Origin: Fonticula alba ATCC 38817
Taxonomy: Eukaryota > Protista > Nucleariida
Strand: one strand, 5' to 3'
DNA: 64,000 nucleotides
Assembly (NCBI GenBank): GCA_000388065.2
Contig: KB932209.1
Numbering within the stretch: the stretch's first letter is position 1; the number at the start of each line of letters is the position of its first letter. Of the stretch, positions 1 through 11,370 are shown piece by piece. Under the pieces are notes generated by a model. The model was not told the DNA's origin. It was given only the letters and a program-made list of their open reading frames with translations, and did no database searches. The position numbers were made by a program, and so were the translations under genes.

Positions 1-1581
1 GTCGTGGGCCGGGCCCACATGGATGAGCGTCTGCCGGGCAACCGGATGCTCGAGCAGTATGGCAGCCACCAGCAGCGGAGGCAGCAGCTCGGCATCATCC
101 AGCAGCCAAGCCGGGGCGGCGGGCGTGCTGGCCGGTGCCAGAGCCAGCCGGTTGGACTGGCACACTGCCGCCAGTAGGGCGAGGCTCCGATCGCGTGCCA
201 GCCGCAGGGCGGCCACAGTGCCCACCATCGGCATCAGGTGCGACGTGGGCCGGCGCAGGGCGGCAAGATCCCGCGTCAGATCGGCCACCTGTTCGGCCGA
301 CAGGCCCGGCATCGGCTCCAGGGCAGTGGTGGAAGGGCCAACCGGAGCAGTGGGACTAATCCCAGGGGGAGGAAGGCAACGGGTAAGACAAGTGCCGGGG
401 GAAGAGGCACCGACCAAACAAACGCCCCTCGCTCGCCCGCCGCCCCCTCTGTTAGCATCGGGAGCAGACGCAAACTCTCAGCCATGCATGGGTTTGCCTG
501 TGCGTATGTGTGTAATAATATAGATATATATATATATGCGTGTGTGTGCGCGTGTGCGTACCGAACAAACAGCAGAATCGAGAGGAGGAAATTGACGATC
601 ACCTCGCTGTGACAGCCCGCCGACGGGGGAGTACTTGTGACCGAGGGCACCGGGACCCCGCGCAGCAGGGTGGCCAGCTGAAAGCCCGGCATATTGGGCT
701 GGGCCCAGCCCATCCGAAGGCAGATTTCCCCGGCCAGCTGGACTCCAGCGTGGAGAAGGGCACGGCGCTCGGCGGCCGGGGTACTCGGCAGGGTGGCCGC
801 CTGGAGGAGGGACGCCGTCAGCGGCACCAGCTGGCCGGCAAGGTCAAGTGGTGGTAGGGGGGCCGTCCCGACAGGTTGGCCAGCCGGGTCACGCAGCTGG
901 CCGGGAGCCAGTGGCGGAAGCGCCTGCAGCATCAAGGCCACCCCCTGCTCGATGAAGATGGCCGCCAGGTTTCGCACCGGGAAGGAGCCTGAGCCAGGGT
1001 GCAGCCGGCCGAACGTCGGGCTCAGTCAATGACGAGAGGGGGAAATGGGGGAAGAGAGGCAGAGCCGGGTGTGCGATGGGTGGCCCCTCGCAGGGGGGGG
1101 GGGGGGGGTTCACACCGCGAGGGCGCACCATTGGGTGCCAGGTACAGGGCCATCAGCTCGGCCAGGGGGAAGCGCAGGAAGTCCCCGGGCGCCGGCCACC
1201 GGTCACGGAGGAGGGCCACCCCGGCGTCCGGCAGGTCGAACTCGCTGATGTCCAAGTAGGAGCCCCGGGTGGCCGGGCCGCTGTCGCCGGTGGTGGTGGT
1301 GGTGGCGCTGCTGCTGCCCGGATGCGACGTTCCACTGGCCGACAGGATATCCAGCACGGTGCGAGCCTTTTGTTCTTGGGCTCTCTTGGAGGCGGCGCGC
1401 GCTTGGGCCCCAATCTGGGCCAGCACCTTGGAGGCAGCTTGGCGCACGCGGGCGGTGGCCTTGCGGTCAGTCGGATCGAAGACCGACAGGATGGACACCA
1501 GGTAGCCGGCCAGAAGCTTGGAATACTTTTCATTGTCCGAGGTGGCCATCGACAGCGAGAGGCTGATCCTGTCGATGATCT
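1..1581 (-). CDS. Uncharacterised, predominantly alpha-helical protein. Multi-exon, 3' end beyond the left window edge, 5' end uncertain (possible upstream exons to about 2515).
   Basis: Frame-compatible exons at about 1129-1581 (IIDRISLSLSMATSDNEKYSKLLAGYLVSILSVFDP...RVRQAASKVLAQIG...YLAPN), about 603-989 (SFPVRNLAAIFIEQGVALMLQAL...) and about 1-345 (EQVADLTRDLAALRR...ARQTLIHVGPAHD). They are joined by GT-AG introns (e.g. AAT G|GTGCGC ... CTCAG|) and show strong GC3 codon bias. No family recognised. Confidence 0.7.
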
Positions 1582-2102
1582 CTGAGAAGGACAGAGAGCA
1601 GAGCGAATGGAATGGGACAGAGGAGGAGGGGCCAGGCAGGCAGGCAGGCAGGGAGAGGGGGCGGACGAGGCAGGAGGAGGATGCCCACGGGCCGGGAAAG
1701 TCAGACGGGCCGGTGCCAGGAGCAAGCGAAGGGACGGGCGAGCAGAAGGCGAACCGATGTGGGCGTCGTCGGCCATGGCGCGATGTGGGCGCAGGCGCGA
1801 GCGCGAGCGGTGAAGATCCGGAAAAGACGAGTGGGAGAGGGCAAAAGAAGGGGAGGGAGAGAGGGAGAAAGATGCAAGAAAGNNNNNNNNNNGGAGGGAC
1901 AGGGATGTGAGGGCTGTTCAGGACCCGGGGCTGCGGCGGGGCAGGTTTTGACAAGGCCCGGCCGTGAGGCACTCTAAGTTTGAGTGTCTACCCGGAACAG
2001 GATGGCCGCTGCAAACTGCAGACCACGGGGCCGGCTCGCCGGAGAGATGTCCAACGACGCCCAAGAGAGCCGAAGCGAGTCAGAACGGGAGAGAAAGAGG
2101 GG

Positions 2103-2151
<49 letters not shown>

Positions 2152-2953
2152 AGGTAGATGGGGAGGTCGCCCCGGGCAGGGACTCGGATCGGGCGGAGTT
2201 GCGTGGAAGCTCAGACGTGCCAGCGCCCCCGGAGATCGATCGGGTGGTGCGTGGCTAGATGCCACTCCGGTGGCGGACCCTGCTAGAACTGTGGCTCGCG
2301 ACCGCCCCCTCCCTCCTGTCCCCTTGTGTTGCCGCGCCGGGCCCCGCTCGATCGAAGTTCCTTCTCCCTCCTTCTCCCCGAATGGTCAGCAATTTAGATA
2401 CCCCCCCCCCCCCCACCAGGACCCGGGCTGTGGTGGCGGACCCGGGCGTCCCCCCGCTCCGTGGTCATCTCCGCTTTCATCTTCATCTCCGTCCCGAAGA
2501 ACGAGTGTCAAGTACATTGGAGAATATCTGGTCAGCCGATCATATGATCACATGTGTGATCGTGCTGGAGAACGAGAGACATCGCAGGGCTCAGGATGGA
2601 AGAGCAACATCATGAATGCCTTTGTGGCTTGGTGTGAAAGAAAAAAAAGGAGGAAGAGCGGGAAGACGATGGAGAGACAGAAGAGGAAGGTAGACAGAGG
2701 GAGAGGCAAAGGCAGCATGCTGATGCTCCTCGTTCCCTGAGCTCTCCCCGGAGCCCTTCTCTGGCCAAGGGACTTGCCACTCGGCAGAACTTCCCGGGCT
2801 GCTGGGTGCACGAGTTGCCCCTCGGCCCTTGCTTCTCTCCCTCCGGGGCCCGTGGCTAGCGAGCACTTTTCCATCAAAACGGGGGCGGGGGAGAAGGTGG
2901 GGGGGGGGGGGAGGAGGAGGAGGGATGCCGAGCCGGGTGTCACCATCGGGCGC

Positions 2954-3715
2954 TCAGTCCAGCTCCACCGGGATGACATGGAGCATGCAATTGACGAAGC
3001 CCACATCGGCCAGGGTATCATCCAGCCGCTGGCTTGAGGGAATGGCCGTGCCGGCCTCGTCCCCGAGCCCGGACAGGGTGGACGAGATCTCGAAGCCATG
3101 GGGGAAGGCCGCGGCATCGCAGATGGCCCGGACATGGGCGTACAAAGAGCGAACCGGGTCATTCCGATCGAAGGAGCAGACCACCTGACCCCCGGGGTGA
3201 CGAAGACGCAAGCGCGTCGGGGCGCTGCCCGGGGCCTTCGGGTCGTAGACCCGCTCGGCAGCCGCCACACCAAGGCTCGGGTGGGGCGGCTCGGCCGGTG
3301 AGACGTCCACACCGGCCGGCGGAGACCCGGCGGCCGCAGCCGCGGCATCCGGTCCGGGCCCACCGGGCGATCCCGACCCGGCGAGACCCGAAGCACCATC
3401 GTCATCGGAATCCACCGACAGGTCCACCACGGCCGGAGCGGCGGCCGGAGAGTGGCGTGGGCGTTTGGATTGCTTGATGACGGCCAATTCGCGCTCCAGC
3501 TGCTCGTCGGTCAGCTCGCTGCCCTGTTCCAGAGCCGAGGTGATCAGCGCCAGGCGAATTTGCTCATCGTCATCCATGGTGCTGACCGCGCGGCCGGAGC
3601 GGATGCGCTCCTGCTCCTCGGCCGACAGGTTGTCGCCATTTTCCTGGAGGAAGCTCCGAACTACGGGGACCGGCCCGTGGTGGGTTAGCAAATCCGACAC
3701 ATGTATCAACCCGGA

Positions 3716-3769
<54 letters not shown>

Positions 3770-4935
3770 CCCGCCAGCCGGGAGAAATGAGAGACAGGAT
3801 GAAACAGACATGGGCTGACGCCACCGGGGGCGGGCGGTGGCATGCCCGGCCCTGGCGGCCGATTGGGACGCACTCATACGGAGGACCTCCTCCTTGGTGA
3901 CCACACGATCGACCGACTTGACAATGGCCCCGGTGCGCGGATCCAGGATGGCGATGTACGGATAATTCCGGACGGGATACATTTCGGCGTATGACCGACC
4001 GAGTGGCGTGTCCGAGCCATACTGGATCATGACAAAGTGCTCGGTAATCAGGTCGGTGACGGCGGCCGTGTTCCAGACGTCGCGGTTTTGACAGTCACTC
4101 TGGAAGTCCCCGGTGCGCAGGAGATTCACCATGAGCCACCGGTCCGAGGCGATGGCGCTCTGCCGCGCGGAGTCCAGACTCCCGCCGAAGATGTAGGCTG
4201 GCCGGCGGAACAGCCGGTCCAGGATGTCCCCGTCCGGGTATCCGGAGGAGGGGCTGGAGGGGGAGCTTGACCGGCTGCAGGCGGCCGCCGCCGCGAAGGA
4301 CGAGGTGTGAAGAGAGTTGCTGAGATCTTGCCGGGAGTCTGGCATCCAGGGAACAGGCCGAGGGGGAAGGCGGGAGGGCAGGCGGAACTCGAGCGCGTCA
4401 GCAAGCAGCCCTGTCAGGCAAAGGGGGAAGATGGCCGAGGCAGGCATGGCGCACATCGAGGCTCGTAGCTCATGCCGTAGCCATAGAAGTCGGCGCTGTC
4501 TTGGAGGCGAATCTGGCGCTGGGCCAGCGGCGCGCGGACCTGGTCCTCGTCGAAGCCCACGGGGACCGGGGAATTGGAAGAGGAATCGGAGCTGTTGGGA
4601 TGCGAGCTGGGAAACGGCCGGGGGGAATGCACAAAAGAAGGGGAGTCAGCGCAAGGCCATGGGGGCCAGAGTGAGAGGCCGGGCCGCGCAGCACAGCCCA
4701 GCGGAGACACGCACAACATGCCGGGATTGTCGAAGTAGAAGGAAACCGCGCTGTCGACATCATCGCCGCTGATCTGCGCCGGCAGAGGGAGACGGGTTAG
4801 TCGCAGCCGGGAAGGCGGCGGCGGCCAGAGAGGCAAAAGGGCGGGAAAGTCGAGGGGACGAACCTCCAACAGCTGAAGGGCCTGCTCGGTTGGCAGCCCG
4901 GTCAGAGTCATGACAAGGGTGCAATTGTCCGACAT
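2954..4935 (-). CDS. UBXN7: UBX domain-containing p97/Cdc48 adaptor, UBXN7/Ubx5 type (UBA-like, UAS, UIM, UBX). Multi-exon.
   Basis: N-terminal UBA-like segment MSDNCTLVMTLTGLPTEQALQLLE|ISGDDVDSAVSFYFD. UAS thioredoxin-like domain RWLMVNLL...FQSDCQNRDVW...YPVRNYPYIAILDPRTG. UIM-like DDDEQIRLALITSALEQ. C-terminal UBX domain PTRLRLRHPGGQVVCSFDRNDPVRSLY...TLADVGFVNCMLHV, stop at 2954-2956. Confidence 0.88.
3716..3769. repeat. (CAGG)n tetranucleotide microsatellite inside the UBX gene intron (3661-3879)
   Basis: About 13 perfect AGGC units read directly from the sequence. Confidence 0.95.
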
Positions 4936-5828
4936 GCCTGCAGGAGCGTAGGGACGCAGCAAGAGGAGGGTGGGGATTAACCAGCACCCGACAGATACAC
5001 ACACACACAGACACACAAGCGCGCGCGCACGCACGGACACACGCGAGGGAAGGAGACGGGCAAGGGAGGTGGCAGTGATTGAGTCCAGAGGGGGGGGGGA
5101 GGAGGAGGAGGGGGCAGGGCAGGAAAGAGGGGAGGGAGGGATGCGGGAAGGTATGGTGGAGGAGGGATGATGAAGGGTACAGCCGGCGCCGGGGTCGGGT
5201 CAGGCGTGGGCGCGAGAAAAAGCCCACCCCGCAGAGATCGCGCTTGGTCCTGGTGCGAGGGCCGAGTCCTCGGGAGACGAGGCGCCAGCCGCCGAGCTGG
5301 CGCGCGCGCGCGTGGAGATCCCCGCGGAGGTTGCGCAAACACGGGCCCAGCGCAGGCGTCGTCCCTCCCCCCAGGCCCCCCCCCGCATGCCGTGGAATAC
5401 GTGGCAGACCGGAGGGGGCGGGGGGGGGGAGGGGACCCTTGGTTGCCGATCTTTCGTCTTTTTCCTTTTTGCGCCCCCACTCGGGCGGTCCCATGCCGCG
5501 CGAGGGGCCGGCTGAGCCGCTCTGTGCCTCCCCCGGGGTCCCCAGCCCGGAAACCGAATGTCCCGGCACGAGAAAAGCATCGAAGCCCTGTGGCTCAGCG
5601 CCCGGCCCCCGGGACAGGGGATGCCGCCGGATACGCGATGGTCGCGGCCGGTCGCGGCGCCCGAAGAAGGCCCGGGGAGCACAACCGCCCCCCCCCCCCC
5701 AGCTGGCACTCTGTTGGCCGAAACTAGCGCGCATGCATAACCACACACACACAAGCCCACCTCCGCCTAGGCATCTGCCAGTGCCAGGAATTGACATGAC
5801 CGATCGTCCGGCCGACAGCGGCGAGGTG

Positions 5829-5859
<31 letters not shown>

Positions 5860-6399
5860 GCCCCCGCGCCCGGACAAGTGTTAATGTGAGGGCCCGGCGC
5901 GTCCCCGACCCCGGGCAGTTCTGCGGTGGCCCTCGTGCCTTGATGTGCACACGCGCGGGCACATGTGCACCCCCGCGGTGGATTGCCCTCTCGGGGCTCC
6001 CCCGGGGGAAAAGAAAGAAAGAAAGAACCATGCAGAAACCTCCCACCAAAATCCGGCCCTCTATTACCCCCCACCACTCTCGGAGCGTCCAGACATACGA
6101 AACATTTTTATCTTGTCCTTTTGCGCTGGCAGGCGCTCCGCACGCGCCACAGCGGCCGGCCCTTTGCCGGCGCCGGCACCGCACGGATGCAACCCACGGC
6201 TTTTCGCTTGCCCTGCCCCTCCTGTCCNNNNNNNNNNGGGGGGGGACACGCCAAGGGCAGACAAAAGGGGGCGGGTGTGCGCGCTGGGACAGCACGGCGG
6301 CCGCCAGCGGCGGGGCGCGCCACACGTCCACGGGACTGGGGTAGGTGTGGACAGTGGCCAGGTGCCAATGTTCAGGTTGACAAAGGGCGCCACCGGCTT

Positions 6400-6677
6400 T
6401 CAGTTGGCACCGGCGGTCCGGACGATGGAGAAGCGATCGGCCTCGCCCTCGGCCTGGTTCGACACGAAAACCACCTCCAACTCGTGGGCGCTGTGTACGG
6501 TCATCTGGGCGAAGCCGTAGCTCCGCTGGCGGAAGGCCAGCCAATCGGGGTTGGTCTCCCAGCTGTTGTGGGCCGAGAGCCCCCCGCCCCAGAGGGCAGC
6601 CGCGCAAGCAAGGAGGCGAGCAGGCAACAAACAAGAGGGCCGGTCAGTGGGCGAGCAATTGTGGGCAAAGCGATACA

Positions 6678-6708
<31 letters not shown>

Positions 6709-7333
6709 CCCTCCCCCTCCCTTTTCTCCCGCTCGCGGTCCCCTTTTCTCGGCATTCGTGTGGACACGCGCGAGGGCCTGCGGGCGGCAGCATTCGGGGC
6801 ATCGGGACGCACCGATCGTGGACCATGGCACCGGCGGTACCGATGGTCAGGTGCACCGGAGCCTGGGGGTCGGTGTAGACCGACAGGTCGGGGTACTGGT
6901 TGACCGGGGTGTCCTGGTACACGGGCAGGGTGCGCTCATACAAATGCATGTGCCCGGCAATCAGCAGGTCGACCTTGTACTTGCGCAGGAGTGGCTCCAG
7001 GGCAGCCTGGAGCTCGGTCCAGCGGCCCCCATCGGCGGTGCCATACATGGGACGATGCACCGACACCACCACCCACGGGACCAGATGGCGGCGGGTGTTG
7101 GCCCGAGCCAGATCCGCCTCGAGCCAGCGGTATTGCTGGCTGCCGGGAACATACTCGTAGGCGTAGGGCTCCGAGCAGACCGACACAAAGTGCACCAGGC
7201 CATGGTCAAAGCTGTTGAAAAAGCCGGGAACAGCCGCGGCCGCGCTGTTGTCGCTGCCCTCCGGCATTTCGAAACGAGCCCGGAACGCGGTGAAGTTGTC
7301 ATACTGCGTCAAACGGGGGAAACGACGGCAGGT

Positions 7334-7379
<46 letters not shown>

Positions 7380-9142
7380 GGGAGAGGGGGAGGTGGGCGA
7401 CCGTGTTAGTAGGTGGAAGGAGAGACAAAGCCACGACCAGGCCCAGGCCGGGGGGCCGTCGGGAAAAGACGCACCTTCTCATGATTGCCAATGGTGGTCA
7501 TGTAGGGAATGTTGGCGGCCAGGGGCTCGGTCTGCCGAGCGAAGATGTCCCAAATGCCCTGCCATTCGCGGTCGGACCCGGTTCCGGCATCTTGACGTGG
7601 GCACAAGGAGGGGGGGGGGGCGTGAGATGGTGAGCGCGAGGGCGGACGCGGCGGGGAGACGGTGGCCGGGGGCCATGTCACCTCTGCCCATGCCAGGGGT
7701 TGTGTGGTCAGCTCACGTACAGGAGATGTCGCCCACATGGAGGATCATGTCAAAGGGGTCGCGGGCATGCCACTTGACCAGAGCCTCGGTGACATGGCCA
7801 CCGAAGGGCATGAACGTGCCCATATCGCCGTAGAGGGCATACTTCATCGGGCGGTCGGTGGAGCTGTTGGAGGAGAGAAGGGGTCAGAGGACATCCCGGA
7901 AGGAGGGCCTCCCTGACGCCGGCCAATAGGGGGCGGGGGGGGGGGGGGCAGGGAGATGGCGGAAAAAGGACCTCGTTGTTGGGCTGGGGAGGGGGAGAAA
8001 AAGCAGCCCCACTCGGGGAACGTACCCTGGCAGAGGCATCGTCTCGAAGGTGAACTCCTGGCTCCAGGAGGACGGATCGCTCACATCGCCGGAGCCCACG
8101 CGGTAGTAGTAGCGAGACCCAGGGAGGAGGCCCTGGACGCGAACCTTGTGCAGGAAGCCGTCCCAGCCTGCCGCGAAAGGACATTGTTAGGTGGGGCGGC
8201 GTGCGCGTGGCCATGTCGAGGGGCTTCCCATGAGGGGGCAAGGCGGCTTCTTTGGCAAGCAGGTCCAGCGCGTACCCGTGACACCAGAGTTGTAGGTGTA
8301 CTCCTCGCCGGTGTACTCGAGGCCGTACTGGCCGGGAGTTTGGCCGATCTGCACGATCGTGTCATTGGTGGAGGCTGGTCATGACGAGGGTGAGTGGGGG
8401 AAAGCAGGGGGAAAAAGGCGGAGCAGGAAATGGGACACGCCTGCGCGTGTGCGTGTGGATGGGTGCCATCCATGGACGTGCGTGCTGGCGCACCGAAAGT
8501 CGTCCAGATGACGGTCATATCTCCGGGAGTGGCGCCGAAAGCCAGGTGCACGCCCTCCGGGGCCAGGCCGTCGAAGGCGCTGGCAAAGGAGCTCGGCAGA
8601 CGGCCGCCCGAGAGGTCCCCGTCATCCAGCAGGTGGCCGCCATTGGGCCGGGCAAGCATCTCCTCGGGAGAGCCATACGGCACTTCGAGCAGGCCACCCG
8701 GGATGTCCTGGGCGTCGGCCAGCCAGAGGAACCGGTCGCGGAACTCGGCGAAGCTGACCCGACCATCGCCATCGGTGTCCAGCTCGGCGAAGGCCTCCAG
8801 CAGCAGGGCCGGCTCGATCTCCTCATCGGTGTCCTCCATGTGGAGGTTGTCCACGATGAAGGCCCGCAGGTCGGCCGGCGTGAAGTAGCCATCACCGTCG
8901 GTGTCCAGGCCGCGGCGGAAGTACCGCCGGAAGAGGGAGTTCCGTGGGGCATGGACGCCGCCCTCCTGCAGGATGAGGGCATTGGCCTCGGCACGGGGGC
9001 TGGCGAAGCCCACACCGTAGGCATGCTTGAAGGCGGGAGTCGAGGCCGGCATCATGGCCCGAGTCAGGCCTTGGGTCAGGCAGAGGGCGGCCACCAGGAC
9101 GAGGCTCGCGTGGAGGCACACGGCCGCAAGCGGGCTGCGCAT
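6400..9142 (-). CDS. Secreted purple acid phosphatase (FN3-like N-domain, metallophosphoesterase, C-domain) with signal peptide and an N-terminal EF-hand pair. Multi-exon.
   Basis: Signal peptide MRSPLAAVCLHASLVLVAALCLTQG. EF loops DTDGDGYFTPAD and DTDGDGRVSFAE. PAP N-domain PEGVHLAFGATPGDMTVIWTT...HKVRVQGLLPGSRYYYRVG. All five PAP metal-ligand motifs present: YGDMG, VGDISY (Y split by an intron), IGNHEK, VSVHRPMY, AGHMHLYER. C-terminal YGFAQMTVHSAHELEVVFVS, stop at 6400-6402. Confidence 0.92.
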
Positions 9143-9340
9143 GTTTGCTTCTCGGTATCCAAGCCAAGGAAGGTCAAAGGAGCGATCGCGGAAGACAGGC
9201 AAATGGATCGGGAGGGGGGGGGGGGGGGGAAAGGGAAGGAGAGGGTGAAAGGCTGTCTACTTCGTCCGGTGGACAATCTAGCACAGAGGGCTGGCCGGTG
9301 AAAAAGCTGTCCGCCCTGTGACCGAGAGACCTGCGCGGCT

Positions 9341-9648
9341 GTGCCGTTGCTGGCGTTGCCTCCCATATTGTTCTCCGGTCTGCCGCTGAAACTGTTGTCG
9401 CTGCTGTTGCCGCTGCTGTTGTCGCTGCTGTTGCCGCTGCTGTTGCCGCTGCTGTTGCCGCTGCTGTTGCTGGCGTTGATGCTGCTGTTGCTGGCGTTGG
9501 TGCTGGTGTTGATGCTGTTGCCGCTGCTGTTGATGGTGTTGATGCTGTTGCCGCTGCTGTTGATGGTGTTGACGCTGATGCCGCTGCCGTTGCCGCCGCT
9601 GATGCCGCTGCCGTTGCCGCCGCTGGGGCTGGTGCTGGTGCTGATGCC

Positions 9649-9680
<32 letters not shown>

Positions 9681-9823
9681 CGCCGCTATTGTCGTTGTTG
9701 TTGCTGGTGGCGTGCTGCGGCTACGGCTCGTACCTGGACAGGAACCATAACCAGCTTCTCTGTTGTTGCAGTTTCCCGTGGCTGTTACCCTGGCATAGTT
9801 ATCACTTCACCAGCACTGTTGAT

Positions 9824-9873
<50 letters not shown>

Positions 9874-9900
9874 TGCAGCAAGAACAGCTGTTGCTTCTGC
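9341..9900. repeat. Degenerate GCT/GTT/GCC trinucleotide-derived low-complexity array with higher-order duplications, followed by (CAG)16
   Basis: Repeated GCCGCTGCTGTT 12-mers. A tandem 30-mer GATGCTGTTGCCGCTGCTGTTGATGGTGTT. A tandem 24-mer GATGCCGCTGCCGTTGCCGCCGCT. A perfect CAG x16 run at 9825-9872. Confidence 0.9.
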
Positions 9901-10157
9901 TTTGTTGTTGTTTTATTGTTGTTGTTCTTTCCTTGACCCTTTGGCTCCAGAGACTAGGTCCTGGCAGTGTCGAACCACAGGGAGGGGTGGGGGTGGGGGG
10001 GGGGGGACGAACGGCACCAATCGGTTGGGGCGGCAGCTGGTGATCGGGATGCAACCGGGCCGGGCGAGCCCCGACGGGACATCGGGGTCCGGCATACCGG
10101 GACAGCAGCCGGCGGCTGGGAGCCAAGTTTGAGACTTGGCCACACAAGGGTCGGGCT

Positions 10158-10401
10158 NNNNNNNNNNNNNNNNNNNNNNNNNNNNNNNNNNNNNNNNNNN
10201 NNNNNNNNNNNNNNNNNNNNNNNNNNNNNNNNNNNNNNNNNNNNNNNNNNNNNNNNNNNNNNNNNNNNNNNNNNNNNNNNNNNNNNNNNNNNNNNNNNNN
10301 NNNNNNNNNNNNNNNNNNNNNNNNNNNNNNNNNNNNNNNNNNNNNNNNNNNNNNNNNNNNNNNNNNNNNNNNNNNNNNNNNNNNNNNNNNNNNNNNNNNN
10401 N
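10158..10401. other. Assembly gap (N run). Other large gaps at 14350-14529, 23133-23702 and 61980-62758, plus smaller ones.
   Basis: Runs of N, most flanked by poly-G or poly-C tracts. Confidence 1.
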
Positions 10402-11370
10402 GGGGGGGGGGGGAAATCCCAGACATGCTGAGGCGTGGCTCCCGCCCGCTCACCCAGGGAATGAGCCTGAGAGAACTTCGATTGCCCACGGGAGCCCGGG
10501 CCCCAGCCGAAATCCAGCCTCGTCCCCCGCCTCTTGGGGCCGAGGGGGAATCCCCACTCTTCTGCGTGTGTGGATCGGGTCCCCCGCCCCGTCGCCCACC
10601 CCCCCCCCCAGCTCGGTCATGCACGCACACACATGGGGGCCTTGAACAGGGTACCCGGCAACAGACACGCCCCTTCGAATAGGCCCCACCGGCCGAGCGG
10701 CCAGACCACCGGCGCCCCCTTGGGCCATGCGAGCTCTCCCTCGAACCACCTAATACCCATCGGGGCATCCTAATTGCCGGTCATTGAAAACGTATGCGAT
10801 CGCCCCCTGATGGGAATAATAAACACCAAAGTCATGCCCCACTATGTTCTATATCACGACGCAAACACATGACACAACCAAGGGACCAACGCTTAGGAAA
10901 CACGCAGCTGCCACTCCTCTCCTCAGGTCGCGCCTGCCCCGCGTCCGCCGGCTTTTTTTTTTTCTCGCTTCTTTGTTATTGTGTATGTTCAAGGTGCCCG
11001 GGGAGCCGGCCCTGCCCTGGTGATTGATGGCGGCGACACTTGTCTCCTTGGAGGCACCCCCTCTCGGCTGGTGCCCAGTTGCCCCACCCCCTCTGGCCAC
11101 TCCTAGCTGTGGAGACAGAGCGCCAAATGTGATCCCCCTCCCCGCGTCCTTGGAGGATTGCGCCCAGCCCTTCGGGCTCCCTCTCGAAAGGGGGTGCCGT
11201 GTTCCGGCGCCTCGGTCGCTTATCGCATCATCACCCTCATCATCCCCCATCCCCTCTCCTTGCCCTTCCTCACCTCGCCCACACCCACACCCACACCCAC
11301 ACCCACACCCACACCCACACACAGTCCCTCTGCCCTCCCGCTGCTCAGCCACCAGCCGCCAGCCACCAAC

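Noticed and set aside
9341-10132. 263-aa poly-Leu ORF on the + strand that looks like a giant signal or TM protein
   Set aside because: It is a translation of the triplet repeat array, has no splice or domain support, and other frames are equally open.
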